Shown piece by piece: positions 54,908 through 63,545 of a stretch of DNA of 64,000 nt. Each line of letters opens with the position of its first letter. Within the stretch, counting starts at the first letter, position 1. Origin of the DNA: an uncultured Gemmatimonadales bacterium (lineage in GTDB: Bacteria; Gemmatimonadota; Gemmatimonadetes; Gemmatimonadales; GWC2-71-9); the NCBI GenBank assembly GCA_963717315.1, contig CAVQWA010000009.1, forward strand, positions 720 to 64,719, written 5' to 3'. The translations under genes and the position numbers were made by a program. Under the pieces are notes generated by a model. The model searched no databases, had not been told where the DNA came from, and worked only from the letters and a program-made list of their open reading frames with translations.

Positions 54908-55401
54908 TCGCCCGTCCGCCCTCCGAGTTCCTTGTCGTACATGAAGAGCCCCGCGCGGTTGTCGCCGATCAGCTTGAGCGTATCCACGATCTCGCGGCCG
55001 GTCTTCTCCTCCTCCACCTGCTCCACGATGAACCACTGGAGGAGCGCCTGGCTGGCGTAGTCCTTCTCCCGCACCGCGAGGTCGTAGATCTCCCGGATGC
55101 TGGCCGAGACCGCCTCCTCGTGCTTCCGGGCGGCCTCGAACGCGGCGAGCGGCGAGGCCCACTTCGCGGCCGGCTTCCCGATGGCCTCGAGGGCCACCTT
55201 CCCGTTGCGGTCGTGCAGGTAGTCGAAGAACTTGAGCGCGTGCCCCATCTCCTCCCGGCCCTGGATGCGCATCCAGTGAGCGAAGCCGTTCAGGTTCGCC
55301 TCGCTGAACCAGGAGGCCATGGCCAGGTACAGGTAGGCGGACGCGAGCTCCTTCTGGATCTGCACGTTCATCGCGTCCTGCACCGTCTTGCTGAGCTGCA
55401 T
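54904..55401 (-). CDS. ftnA: Non-haem ferritin
   Basis: Start at MQLSKT. Ferroxidase-centre pattern QIQKELASAYLY...EEMGHALKF...EQVEEE. Confidence 0.9.
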   Translation of the reverse strand: MQLSKTVQDAMNVQIQKELASAYLYLAMASWFSEANLNGFAHWMRIQGREEMGHALKFFDYLHDRNGKVALEAIGKPAAKWASPLAAFEAARKHEEAVSASIREIYDLAVREKDYASQALLQWFIVEQVEEEKTGREIVDTLKLIGDNRAGLFMYDKELGGRTGE

Positions 55402-55441
55402 GGGAGTCGTGCCTCCGACGGGGGCTGGTCTGCGGACGGGG

Positions 55442-56257
55442 ATGGACAAAACTAACGAGGCTCACGCCGTCGGGCACCGCCCCGCACGCCTCGCCGCACG
55501 GCTCCTCGTGGCGGGGCTCTCGGCGCTGCTCATCCTCTTCGTCGCCGGCCCGCTGCTCCGGCTCCTCCTCGCCGCCGAGCCGGCCAGCCTCGGGGCGGCC
55601 CTCGGCGACCCCGAGGTGCAGGCCTCGATCCTCCTCACCGTCGGCTCGGCCGGGGCCGCCACGGCGCTCGCGCTGCTCGGGGGGGTGCCGCTCGCCTGGC
55701 TCCTCGCCCGGCGGCGGTTTCCCGGGCGGCGGGCGGTGGAGGCCCTGCTCGACCTCCCCGTGGTCGTGCCCCACCCGGTGGCGGGGATCGCCCTCCTCCT
55801 CTTCCTGGGCCGCGAGTCGCCGATCGGGGGCGTGCTGGCCCGCGCCGGGCTCGAGGTGGTGAACCACGTCCCGGGCATCGTCGCCGCGATGCTCTTCGTC
55901 TCCGTGCCGCTGCTGGTGAGCGCCGCCCGCGAGGCGTTCACCGCCGTGGACCCGCGCCTCGAGCGCGTCGCCCGCACCCTGGGCGACGGCCCGGCCACCG
56001 TCTTCCGTCGCGTCACCCTCCCCCTCGCGGCGCGCCCCATCCTGGCGGGCGCCGTGCTCGCCTGGGCCCGGAGCGTGAGCGAGTTCGGTGCGGTGGTGGT
56101 GCTCACCTACAACCCGAAGGTCGGCAGCATCCTGACGTTCGACCGCTTCACCACCGGTGGGCTCGCCGCGGCGGTACCGGTGGCGGTGCTCCTCCTCGCC
56201 GTCGCGGTGGTCGTCACCGCCGTCGCCCGGCTCCTCGTCCGGGAGCGGGCCCCGTGA
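55442..56257 (+). CDS. ABC transporter permease, CysTW/ModB (molybdate/tungstate/sulfate) type
   Basis: Binding-protein-dependent permease EAA-type loop AAREAFTAVDPRLERVARTLGDGPATVFRRVTLP. Six TM. Confidence 0.8.
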   Translation: MDKTNEAHAVGHRPARLAARLLVAGLSALLILFVAGPLLRLLLAAEPASLGAALGDPEVQASILLTVGSAGAATALALLGGVPLAWLLARRRFPGRRAVEALLDLPVVVPHPVAGIALLLFLGRESPIGGVLARAGLEVVNHVPGIVAAMLFVSVPLLVSAAREAFTAVDPRLERVARTLGDGPATVFRRVTLPLAARPILAGAVLAWARSVSEFGAVVVLTYNPKVGSILTFDRFTTGGLAAAVPVAVLLLAVAVVVTAVARLLVRERAP

Positions 56258-57315
56258 TCCGGCTCGAGGGGCTCACCGTGCAGTCCGGCCCGTTCGCGCT
56301 GGCCGACGTGACCTTCGACGTGCCCCCGGGGGGGTACGGGCTGGTCATCGGCCCGACCGGCTCCGGCAAGACCACGCTGCTCGAGGCGATCGCCGGGCAC
56401 CATCGGCCGCGCACCGGGCGCGTGCTGCTGGACGGGCGGGACGCCTCCGCGCTCCCGCCCGAATCGCGGGGCGTGGGGTTCGTCTACCAGCAGTACCACC
56501 TCTTCCCGCACCTGACCGTGGCCGAGAACATCAGCTATGGCCTCCGGCGCGCCGACCCGCCGACGCGCCGCGCGCGGGTCGAGGCGCTGGCCACGATGCT
56601 CGGCATCACCGACCTGCTGGAGCGCACGATCCTCCGCCTGAGCGGCGGCGAGCAGCAGCGGGTGGCGATCGCGCGGGCGCTCGCGCCCCGCCCGCGCGTG
56701 CTCCTCCTCGACGAGCCGTTCGCGGCCCTCGACCCGGCGACCCGCCGGTCGCTCCGGCGCGAGCTCTGGGCACTTCACGAGCGCGAGGGCACCACCGTGC
56801 TGCAGGTGACCCACGACTTCGACGAGGCCCTCCGCCTCGGCGAGCGCGTGGCGGTGCTGGCGGACGGCCGGATCGCGCAGTCGGGCACGCCGGATGAGGT
56901 GTTCCGCCACCCGAATTCGGCATTCGTCGCGCGCTTCATCGGCGCCGGGAACGTGATCCCCGGAACGGTCCGCTGGATCGGCGCCGCCCCGCCCGGCGGC
57001 GAGGCGGGCGGCGCCGCGTTCGACGCCGGCCCCTTCGTCCTCGAGGTGCTGGCCGAGCAGGAGGGCTCCGCGCACGCGGTGCTCCGGCCCGAGGACCTCA
57101 CCCTGAGCCGCGGCGTCCCCGAGGGTTCGGCGCGAAACCACATCCGGGCGACGGTGGCACACCTGGAGCGCACCGGGCCGGTCACGTTCGTCCACCTCGA
57201 TGCCGGCCGGCCGCTCGTGGCCTCGCTCACCTCCGCCTCGGTCGAGGCGCTCGGGCTCGCGCCCGGCGTCTCCGTCGTGGCCACGTGCAAGGCCACCGCC
57301 GTCCTCCTGGTCTGA
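56254..57315 (+). CDS. ABC transporter ATP-binding protein with a C-terminal TOBE/Mop domain (ModC/CysA-like)
   Basis: GTG 56254 overlaps the permease stop (GTGA). Walker A GPTGSGKTT, signature LSGGEQQRVAIARAL and Walker B LLLDEP. TOBE-like tail ARNHIRATVAHLERTGPVTFVHLD. Confidence 0.9.
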   Translation: MIRLEGLTVQSGPFALADVTFDVPPGGYGLVIGPTGSGKTTLLEAIAGHHRPRTGRVLLDGRDASALPPESRGVGFVYQQYHLFPHLTVAENISYGLRRADPPTRRARVEALATMLGITDLLERTILRLSGGEQQRVAIARALAPRPRVLLLDEPFAALDPATRRSLRRELWALHEREGTTVLQVTHDFDEALRLGERVAVLADGRIAQSGTPDEVFRHPNSAFVARFIGAGNVIPGTVRWIGAAPPGGEAGGAAFDAGPFVLEVLAEQEGSAHAVLRPEDLTLSRGVPEGSARNHIRATVAHLERTGPVTFVHLDAGRPLVASLTSASVEALGLAPGVSVVATCKATAVLLV

Positions 57316-57319
57316 CCCC

Positions 57320-58516
57320 GTGCCCGCCCGGATCCTCCACGTGGACCTCGACGCCTTCTTTGTCGAGGTGTGCCGCCAGCGGCAGCCCGAGCTCAAGGAC
57401 GTCGAGCTCCTCGTGGTGGGCGGCCGGAGGGAGTCGCGCGGCGTGGTGCAGTCGGCCTCCTACGGTGCGCGGGGCTGGGGCGTCCGCGCAGGCATGCCGA
57501 TCGCCGAGGCGGCGCGGAGCTGCCCGGGGGCCACCTTCGTCAAGGGACGGTTCGCCGACTACCGGGAGGCGTCGCGACAGGTGCGCGAGGTGCTCCGGCG
57601 CCACTCGCCGGTGGTGGCGATGGCGTCGCTCGACGAGGCGTACCTCGACTATGCCGGCACCGAGCGGCTCTGGCCCGTCTCCCTCCTCCCCGAGGCGGAG
57701 GCGATCCGGGACGGGGTGAGGGCGGCCACCGGCCTCGATTGCAGCGTCGGCATCGGGCCCAACCGGATGGTGGCGAAGCTGGCCTCGGACTACGCCAAGC
57801 CGCGCGGCCTGATGGAGGTGCGCGCCGGCTGGGAGGAGGGGTTCCTGGCCGGCCTCGAGCTCCGCGCGCTGCCCGGTGTCGGCCCACGCACCGCGGCGCG
57901 CTGGGCGGAGCTCGGCCTCACCGCCGTCGCCGAGGTGCAGGCGATGCCGCTCGAGGCGCTCGAGCGGGTGGTCGGGGAGCACGCCAAGTGGCTCAAGCTC
58001 CGCGCGCACGGCCACGGGGGCACCACCCTCCGGGCCGGCCGGGCCGTGAAGTCGGTGAGCCGGGAGACCACCTTCGCACCCGACCTGCGGGATCCCGGGG
58101 AGGCGCGGCGCGTGCTCGACCTCCTGGCGGCGCGGGTCACGGCACAGCTTCGGGAGGAAGGCCTCGAGGCCCGGACCATCACCCTCAAGATACGCTGGGA
58201 CGACTTCACGACCCGGACCCGGAGCCGGACGCTCGACGGACCCACGGCGCTCGAGGGCGAGGTTCTCCCGGCCGCGCGCGCGCTGCTCGAGCCGGCCTTC
58301 GCCGAGGCGCTCCGGAGCCGCCACGGGGTGCGCCTCCTCGGGGTCGCGGCCACCAACCTGGTCCCCGTCGGGCCGGCGGACCTCTTCGAAACCCCGGCGC
58401 GCCAGCGCCAGCGGGCACTCTCGGACGTCCTCGACCGGGTCCGGGGGCGGTACGGCTACGACGCCATCGCCCCCGGGCACCTCGTGGACCGGCCCGGCCG
58501 GCGGTCCGAGGACTGA
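57320..58516 (+). CDS. dinB: DNA polymerase IV (Y-family)
   Basis: GTG 57320 lies 4 nt after the ABC ATPase stop. Blocks ILHVDLDAFFVEV, ASLDEAYLD and VGIGPNRMVAKLASDYAKP. Confidence 0.92.
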   Translation: MPARILHVDLDAFFVEVCRQRQPELKDVELLVVGGRRESRGVVQSASYGARGWGVRAGMPIAEAARSCPGATFVKGRFADYREASRQVREVLRRHSPVVAMASLDEAYLDYAGTERLWPVSLLPEAEAIRDGVRAATGLDCSVGIGPNRMVAKLASDYAKPRGLMEVRAGWEEGFLAGLELRALPGVGPRTAARWAELGLTAVAEVQAMPLEALERVVGEHAKWLKLRAHGHGGTTLRAGRAVKSVSRETTFAPDLRDPGEARRVLDLLAARVTAQLREEGLEARTITLKIRWDDFTTRTRSRTLDGPTALEGEVLPAARALLEPAFAEALRSRHGVRLLGVAATNLVPVGPADLFETPARQRQRALSDVLDRVRGRYGYDAIAPGHLVDRPGRRSED

Positions 58517-58582
58517 GGGTTCACCGGAGAGGCGCAGGGAGCGCGGAGGGAGCGGCACCCTGAGCGAGTCCGTGGCCGTCAG

Positions 58583-58624
58583 GTATGTTGTATGTTGTTC
58601 ATTTACAATATGTTGGACAGTATG
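58583..58624. promoter_or_regulatory. AT-rich island with three TATGTTG heptamers
   Basis: GTATGTTGTATGTTGTTCATTTACAATATGTTGGACAGTATG. Heptamers at 58584-58590, 58591-58597 and 58609-58615. It contains TACAAT and the dyad TTGT-N6-ACAA. This is the most AT-rich stretch I saw in the window. Confidence 0.4.
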
Positions 58625-58712
58625 CCCCCCCGCCCGGACCTCTCCAGGAGCTCGGGGTCCTCCGCGCCTCTGCGGTGATCCATCCCCTTGTGATTTGGGT
58701 CACCCGGCACTA

Positions 58713-58734
58713 ACTTGCTGAACGTCAAGCAAGT
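58713..58734. promoter_or_regulatory. Imperfect 22-bp palindrome, candidate TetR operator
   Basis: ACTTGCTGAACGTCAAGCAAGT has 7-bp perfect outer arms (ACTTGCT / AGCAAGT). It lies immediately before the RBS CAGGAG and GTG 58746. Confidence 0.5.
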
Positions 58735-58745
58735 CAGGAGCCTGC

Positions 58746-59420
58746 GTGTCCGTTCCTGTCCTCACCGCCACCGATCGCGAGCGCAATGGCGCCCGCACCC
58801 GCGAGTCTGTCCTCGACGCCGCGGAGGCGCTCTTCGCCGAGCGTGGCTACGAGGCCGCCAGCCTCGGTGACATCGGCGCGGCCGCGGGGGTCTCCCGCGG
58901 CACCCCCGGCTATTTCTTCGGCACCAAGCTCGACCTCTACCGCGCGGTCCTCGAGCGCTGCCTCGAGCAGGTCCGCTCCGCCGTGCGGAACGGCCGCGAA
59001 CGGGTCCGGGCCCGCACCCACCAGCCGGCCGACATCGTGGGCGGCGTGGTAAGCGAGTACTTCGAGTACATCACCGCCAATCCCAACTTCGTCCGGCTCA
59101 TGGAATGGGAGGCGCTGTCCGGGGGCCGCCACGTGCGCGAGGTGCCGCCCCACGTGTCCGCCGCCCAGGAGGCGGTGAGCGCCCTCGCCGAGGAGCTGGA
59201 GCTGGCCTCCGGCGACGCCGCGGAGGCGCCACAGCTCCTGCTCAGCATCATCGGCATGTCGTGGTTCCCCCTGGTCCACTCCTCCACGGTGCTCGCGGCC
59301 CTCGGCCTCGACCCGACGGATCCCGGTTTTCTCGAGCAGCGCAAGCGGCACGTCGTGTCGCTGGTGCTCCGCGGGCTCGGCTACCCCGAGCCCTTCCTTC
59401 CCCAGGATCGTGCCGTATGA
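58746..59420 (+). CDS. TetR/AcrR-family transcriptional regulator
   Basis: HTH block [47 protein letters not shown]. Confidence 0.9.
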   Translation: MSVPVLTATDRERNGARTRESVLDAAEALFAERGYEAASLGDIGAAAGVSRGTPGYFFGTKLDLYRAVLERCLEQVRSAVRNGRERVRARTHQPADIVGGVVSEYFEYITANPNFVRLMEWEALSGGRHVREVPPHVSAAQEAVSALAEELELASGDAAEAPQLLLSIIGMSWFPLVHSSTVLAALGLDPTDPGFLEQRKRHVVSLVLRGLGYPEPFLPQDRAV

Positions 59421-61276
59421 CCGACGTGATGACCCCTCCGGCCATCCCCCCCGAGACCCCGCTCGCCACCGAGCAGGAGGCCCGGGAAGTCGCGGAGGCC
59501 GCGCGCGAGAAGCACTGGACCCTGCCGAGCGTGGTGCGCCAGCTCTTCGAGGGCCGGCTCCGGCTCGACCTGATCCATCCCTTCCCCGAGATGTCCGAGG
59601 CCGACCAGGCCAAGGCCCGCCCCTTCCTCGAGAAGCTCGAGCGCTTCATGCGCGAGGAGGTGGACAGCGACGCGATCGACCGTGAGGGGAAGATCCCCGA
59701 GCGGGTGATCCAGGGCCTCCGCGAGCTCGGCGCCTTCGGCATCAAGATCCCCGAGGAGTACGGCGGGCTCGGCCTGAGCCAGACGGCGTACACCCACGCC
59801 ATCGGCCTGGTCACCAGCCAGGACGGGAGCCTGACGGCGCTGCTCTCGGCGGCACAGTCCATCGGCGTGCCGCAGCCGCTCAAGCTCTTCGGCCGCTCCG
59901 ACCAGAAGAAGAAGTACCTGCCGCGGCTCGCGAAGGGCGCCATCAGCGCCTTCGCGCTGACCGAGACCGGCGTGGGCTCCGATCCCGCCGGCCTCGCCAC
60001 CACCGCGACGCTTTCGGCCGACGGCACGCACTACCTGCTGAACGGCGAGAAGCTCTGGACCACCAACGGCCCCATCGCGGAGCTGATGGTGGTGATGGCC
60101 AGCACCGGCCCGAAGCGCATCACGGCGTTCATCGTCGAGACCGCGTGGGAGGGCGTCGAGGTGGTGCACCGGCTCGACTTCATGGGCCTCAGGGCCATCG
60201 AGAACGGGGTGATCCGCTTCACCAACGTCAAGGTGCCGGTGGAGAACGTCCTCTGGGGCGAGGGCAAGGGCCTCAAGCTCGCGCTCATCACCCTCAACAC
60301 CGGGCGGCTCACCCTCCCGGCCAGTTGCGTGGCGGGCGCCAAGCGGGCGCTCGAGATCGCCCGCCGCTGGGCATCCGAGCGGGTCCAGTGGGGCCAGGCG
60401 GTGGGCAAGCACGATGCCGTGGCCCAGAAGATCGGCCGGATGGCGGCGGACACCTTCGCGATGGAAGCGGTGAGCGATCTCGCCTCGCTGATGGCCGACC
60501 ACGGCGGCTACGACATCCGCCTCGAGGCCGCGATGGCCAAGATGTGGAATACCGAGACCACCTGGCGCATCGTGGACGACCTGGTCCAGATCAAGGGCGG
60601 CCGCGGGTACGAGACCGCGGACAGCCTCCGGAAGCGCGGCGAGCGCCCCGACCCGGTGGAGCGGATGATGCGCGACATGCGCATCAACCTGATCTTCGAG
60701 GGGTCGAGCGAGATCATGCGCCTCTTCATCGCCCGGGAGGCGGTGGACACCCATTTCAGCGTCGCCGGCGACCTGGTGGACCCCAAGGCCCCCGCGGGGG
60801 TCAAGGCGAAGGCGCTGCTCCGGGCGATCGGCTTCTACGCCTGGTGGTACCCGAGCCAGTGGATCGGCTGGGGCCGCTGGCCCCGGTACGGGGAGTTCGG
60901 GACGCTGGCGAAGCACCTGCGCTTCATCGACCGGAAGGCCCGGAAGCTGGCGCGGACCGTCTTCCACTGCATGGTGCGGTTCGGGCCGAAGCTGGAGAAG
61001 CGGCAGGCAGTGCTGGGCCGGCTGGTCGAGATCGGGGCCGAGCTCTTCGCGATGGCCGCCACGGTGAGCCGGGCGCATGCGATGGTGAAGCAGAACCCCG
61101 GCGACCGCGGGCCGATCGAGCTGGCCGACCTTTTCTGCCGGCAGGCCAGCCGGCGGGTGCACGACAGGTTCGAGGACGTCTGGTTCAACGACGACACCCG
61201 CACCTACCGCGTGGCGCAGGGCGTGCTCAAGAACCAGTACGAGTGGCTGGAGGAGGGGATCGTCGGGAACCTCTGA
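59417..61276 (+). CDS. Long-form acyl-CoA dehydrogenase (ACAD9/VLCAD/FadE-like, with a C-terminal helical extension)
   Basis: ATG 59417 overlaps the TetR stop (ATGA). Blocks [23 protein letters not shown] and [10 protein letters not shown]. 619 aa. Confidence 0.88.
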   Translation: MTDVMTPPAIPPETPLATEQEAREVAEAAREKHWTLPSVVRQLFEGRLRLDLIHPFPEMSEADQAKARPFLEKLERFMREEVDSDAIDREGKIPERVIQGLRELGAFGIKIPEEYGGLGLSQTAYTHAIGLVTSQDGSLTALLSAAQSIGVPQPLKLFGRSDQKKKYLPRLAKGAISAFALTETGVGSDPAGLATTATLSADGTHYLLNGEKLWTTNGPIAELMVVMASTGPKRITAFIVETAWEGVEVVHRLDFMGLRAIENGVIRFTNVKVPVENVLWGEGKGLKLALITLNTGRLTLPASCVAGAKRALEIARRWASERVQWGQAVGKHDAVAQKIGRMAADTFAMEAVSDLASLMADHGGYDIRLEAAMAKMWNTETTWRIVDDLVQIKGGRGYETADSLRKRGERPDPVERMMRDMRINLIFEGSSEIMRLFIAREAVDTHFSVAGDLVDPKAPAGVKAKALLRAIGFYAWWYPSQWIGWGRWPRYGEFGTLAKHLRFIDRKARKLARTVFHCMVRFGPKLEKRQAVLGRLVEIGAELFAMAATVSRAHAMVKQNPGDRGPIELADLFCRQASRRVHDRFEDVWFNDDTRTYRVAQGVLKNQYEWLEEGIVGNL

Positions 61277-61278
61277 CG

Positions 61279-61355
61279 GCAGGACGGCACGACGGCAGGT
61301 CGACGCCCGGCGAGGCAGGCTCGCGGGGCGGTTGCCTGCCGTCTTGCCGTCCTGC
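61279..61355 (+). terminator. Long inverted repeat (21-bp stem, one mismatch), possible terminator or insulator between the ACAD gene and queF
   Basis: GCAGGACGGCACGACGGCAGG (61279-61299) pairs with CCTGCCGTCTTGCCGTCCTGC (61335-61355). The loop contains a competing GGCAGG (61315-61320). A GTTTTC follows ~15 nt downstream. Confidence 0.45.
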
Positions 61356-61396
61356 GGGCCTTCCGACCAGTTTTCCCGCCGAGCCAAGGAGCCCGC

Positions 61397-61792
61397 ATGC
61401 CCATCGCCGAAGGCCGGACCCTGCCCTTCACCGGCCCCGAGACGGTGGACGCGGCGGTCCTGGAGACGTTCCCCTACGCGGGGCCGCGGCAGGAGATCGT
61501 GACGGAGACCCGCGAATTCAGCGCCGTCTGCCCCTACAGCGGGCTGCCCGACTTCGCCACCCTCACGATCCGCTACGTGCCGCGCGCGAAGTGCGTGGAA
61601 CTCAAGAGCCTCAAGTACTACGTGACGAGCTACCGCTCCGTGGGAATCTTCCAGGAGCATGCGACGGCGAAGATCGCCGAGGACCTGTACCGGGTGCTCG
61701 AGCCGCAGCAGCTCGCGGTGACGACCGTCTACAACGTGCGGGGCGGGTTCGAGACGACCTGCACGGTCAGCCTGCCGGGCGGGGAGCGGTAA
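61397..61792 (+). CDS. queF: NADPH-dependent 7-cyano-7-deazaguanine (preQ0) reductase, type I
   Basis: EFSAVCPYSGLPDF (catalytic Cys) and the QueF motif VELKSLKYYVTSYR. Confidence 0.92.
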   Translation: MPIAEGRTLPFTGPETVDAAVLETFPYAGPRQEIVTETREFSAVCPYSGLPDFATLTIRYVPRAKCVELKSLKYYVTSYRSVGIFQEHATAKIAEDLYRVLEPQQLAVTTVYNVRGGFETTCTVSLPGGER

Positions 61793-61802
61793 CCGCCGCG
61801 GT

Positions 61803-62552
61803 TCATCGGCGGTCGGGTGCCCGTTCCCTCGTCCCCGTGCCCTGGTCCCCGACCACCGCCTCCCAGAACTCCCGCTCCCGGAACGCCGCCTCGACCTGCC
61901 CCAGCAGGTCGCACCACGCCTGCCCCACCAGCCACTCGACATCGGCCCGCTCCGGCGCCCGCTCCGGCCGCTCCTCCACCTGGGACTCGAACCGGCGGCG
62001 CCAGCGCGGCACCGGGCTCTCTCCCCGGAGGTCCAGCTCGATGGCGATCCAGCCGACCTGGGCGTCCCGCTCGTGCGAGCGATTCGGCGTGTAGAAGGCC
62101 TCGAGCCGCCGGAACGCCCCGCCGAGGTCCGGCAGCCCCGGCGGCACGCTGTCCACTGTCGCGGCGTCCAGGGCGCGGAGCCCCGACCGGCGGAGCACCG
62201 CCGCGACGTCCCACCGCAGCACGCTGACCGCGCCCGGCACGGCGATGAGCGGGATCGGGTGGCGCCAGCTCTCCAGCATGTTCTGCCAGATGCGGTTCAC
62301 GACGCTCCCGAGGAAGCCCTCGTCCTCCTCCTTCCGTTCCTGCCGGGCCCAGCCCACCGTGTCGCCCCTGAACCGCAGGTCGGCGAGCCGGCCCAGGACG
62401 ACGAGGGGTGCCAAGGAATCGGGCGGCCACCCGGGCTCGAAGCCCGGGCAGCCGAGCGCGAACTGCTGCGGCTCGGGCACGAGGTCGGCCTGCTTCGCGC
62501 ACGCCGCCCCGCCGAGGGCGCAGAGGAGCAGCACCCCCCGGCGGTGCCTCAC
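61803..62552 (-). CDS. Lipoprotein of unknown function
   Basis: GTG 62552 overlaps the upstream stop (GTGA). Lipobox VLLLCALGGAAC. The rest of the 713-aa ORF upstream is Arg/Gly/Pro junk overlapping the ARH gene. Confidence 0.6.
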   Translation of the reverse strand: MRHRRGVLLLCALGGAACAKQADLVPEPQQFALGCPGFEPGWPPDSLAPLVVLGRLADLRFRGDTVGWARQERKEEDEGFLGSVVNRIWQNMLESWRHPIPLIAVPGAVSVLRWDVAAVLRRSGLRALDAATVDSVPPGLPDLGGAFRRLEAFYTPNRSHERDAQVGWIAIELDLRGESPVPRWRRRFESQVEERPERAPERADVEWLVGQAWCDLLGQVEAAFREREFWEAVVGDQGTGTRERAPDRR

Positions 62553-63481
62553 GCATCCCCCCGCTCCCCGGGCGCTCCGACCAGTCGCTCTCCCAGCTCC
62601 GCGAGATACTCCCACCGGGCCACCGCCTCCACCCAGCGTCTCGGCACCGCCCCTTCCCCGTCCCGCGCGCCCAGCAGCCCCCCCGCCACGGCGGCGTTCG
62701 TGTCCGAGTCGCCCCCGGCGCTCGCCAGCCAGAGCAGCGCGGACTCCAGCGACGGCTCGTGCCACGCCGCCCAGAGGGCCACCTCCATGCAGAGCACCGT
62801 GTAGCCCGAGGCCGAGCCGGTGAGCGCCAGGTCCTCCCGCCGCTCCCGGGGAACGCGCCGCACCGCCTCGAGCACCTCCGCCGGGGCGTCGTTCACCCGG
62901 AGCGCCTCGATCACGTCCGGCAGGAAGTCCCGCCGGTCCTGCAGCAGCTGGGCGCACGCCACGGTCACCGCCGCCGCGCTCCAGACGCAGCGCGGGTCCG
63001 GGTGGGTGAGCGCGGCGATGCCGCACGCGGCATTCAGGAGGGTCCGGGGGTGTCGGAAGGTGCGGAGCGCCACCGGGAGGGTGCGCATCACGGCCCCGTT
63101 GCCGGCGTTCCCCCGCGCGTCGGCAATCGGGGCGTCGTGGAGGGTGAAATGGCCCAGGGCGGTCCGGGTCCAGGTCCCGATGCCCCGGCCATCCCGCTCC
63201 ATCCACCGCACCCAGCGCCGCGCCATGGCCCGCGGATCGGGCTCGGGCGCGAGCAGTTCCTCCGCCACGATCACCGCCATCGCCACGTCGTCGTCCCAGG
63301 GGGACTCGGGGCGGTCCTGCCGGAGGACATCCGTGACCCCGCCGGGAAAGCGGGCGGCGACGGCCCCCGGCGTGCCGAGGAACTCCGTGGGCACCCCGAG
63401 CGCGTTGCCGGCGGCGTGGCCGAGCATCGCGCCGCGGGCGCGTTCGACGAGGGTCGGGACGGGCTTCACCATGGGCGGCAT
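62549..63481 (-). CDS. ADP-ribosylglycohydrolase-family protein (DraG/ARH-like)
   Basis: Blocks GAMLGHAAGNALGVPTEF, GNGAVMRTLPVAL and GGDSDTNAAVAGGLLGA. Start is ATG 63481, or alternatively 63472. Confidence 0.88.
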   Translation of the reverse strand: MPPMVKPVPTLVERARGAMLGHAAGNALGVPTEFLGTPGAVAARFPGGVTDVLRQDRPESPWDDDVAMAVIVAEELLAPEPDPRAMARRWVRWMERDGRGIGTWTRTALGHFTLHDAPIADARGNAGNGAVMRTLPVALRTFRHPRTLLNAACGIAALTHPDPRCVWSAAAVTVACAQLLQDRRDFLPDVIEALRVNDAPAEVLEAVRRVPRERREDLALTGSASGYTVLCMEVALWAAWHEPSLESALLWLASAGGDSDTNAAVAGGLLGARDGEGAVPRRWVEAVARWEYLAELGERLVGAPGERGDA

Positions 63482-63545
63482 TCCGGGTAGCTTCCGGCCC
63501 GCAGAATAGACTCCGACGCGACCCCCCCGGGCAAGGACCGGCCCC

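Noticed and set aside
57200-57330. LexA/SOS box in front of dinB
   Set aside because: The region is the 3' end of the ABC ATPase coding sequence. I found no CTGT-N8-ACAG, GAAC-N7-GAAC or similar dyad. The AT-rich dyad at 58595-58608 lies downstream of dinB, not upstream.
61277-61396. preQ1 riboswitch upstream of queF
   Set aside because: The spacer is dominated by a 21-bp GC stem. It lacks the short hairpin plus A-rich tail of preQ1-I/II/III classes. queF is also not a typical preQ1-riboswitch target.
59381-61942. 853-aa minus-strand ORF
   Set aside because: Antisense to the acyl-CoA dehydrogenase and queF genes. It has no motifs and is Arg/Gly/Pro/His-rich.
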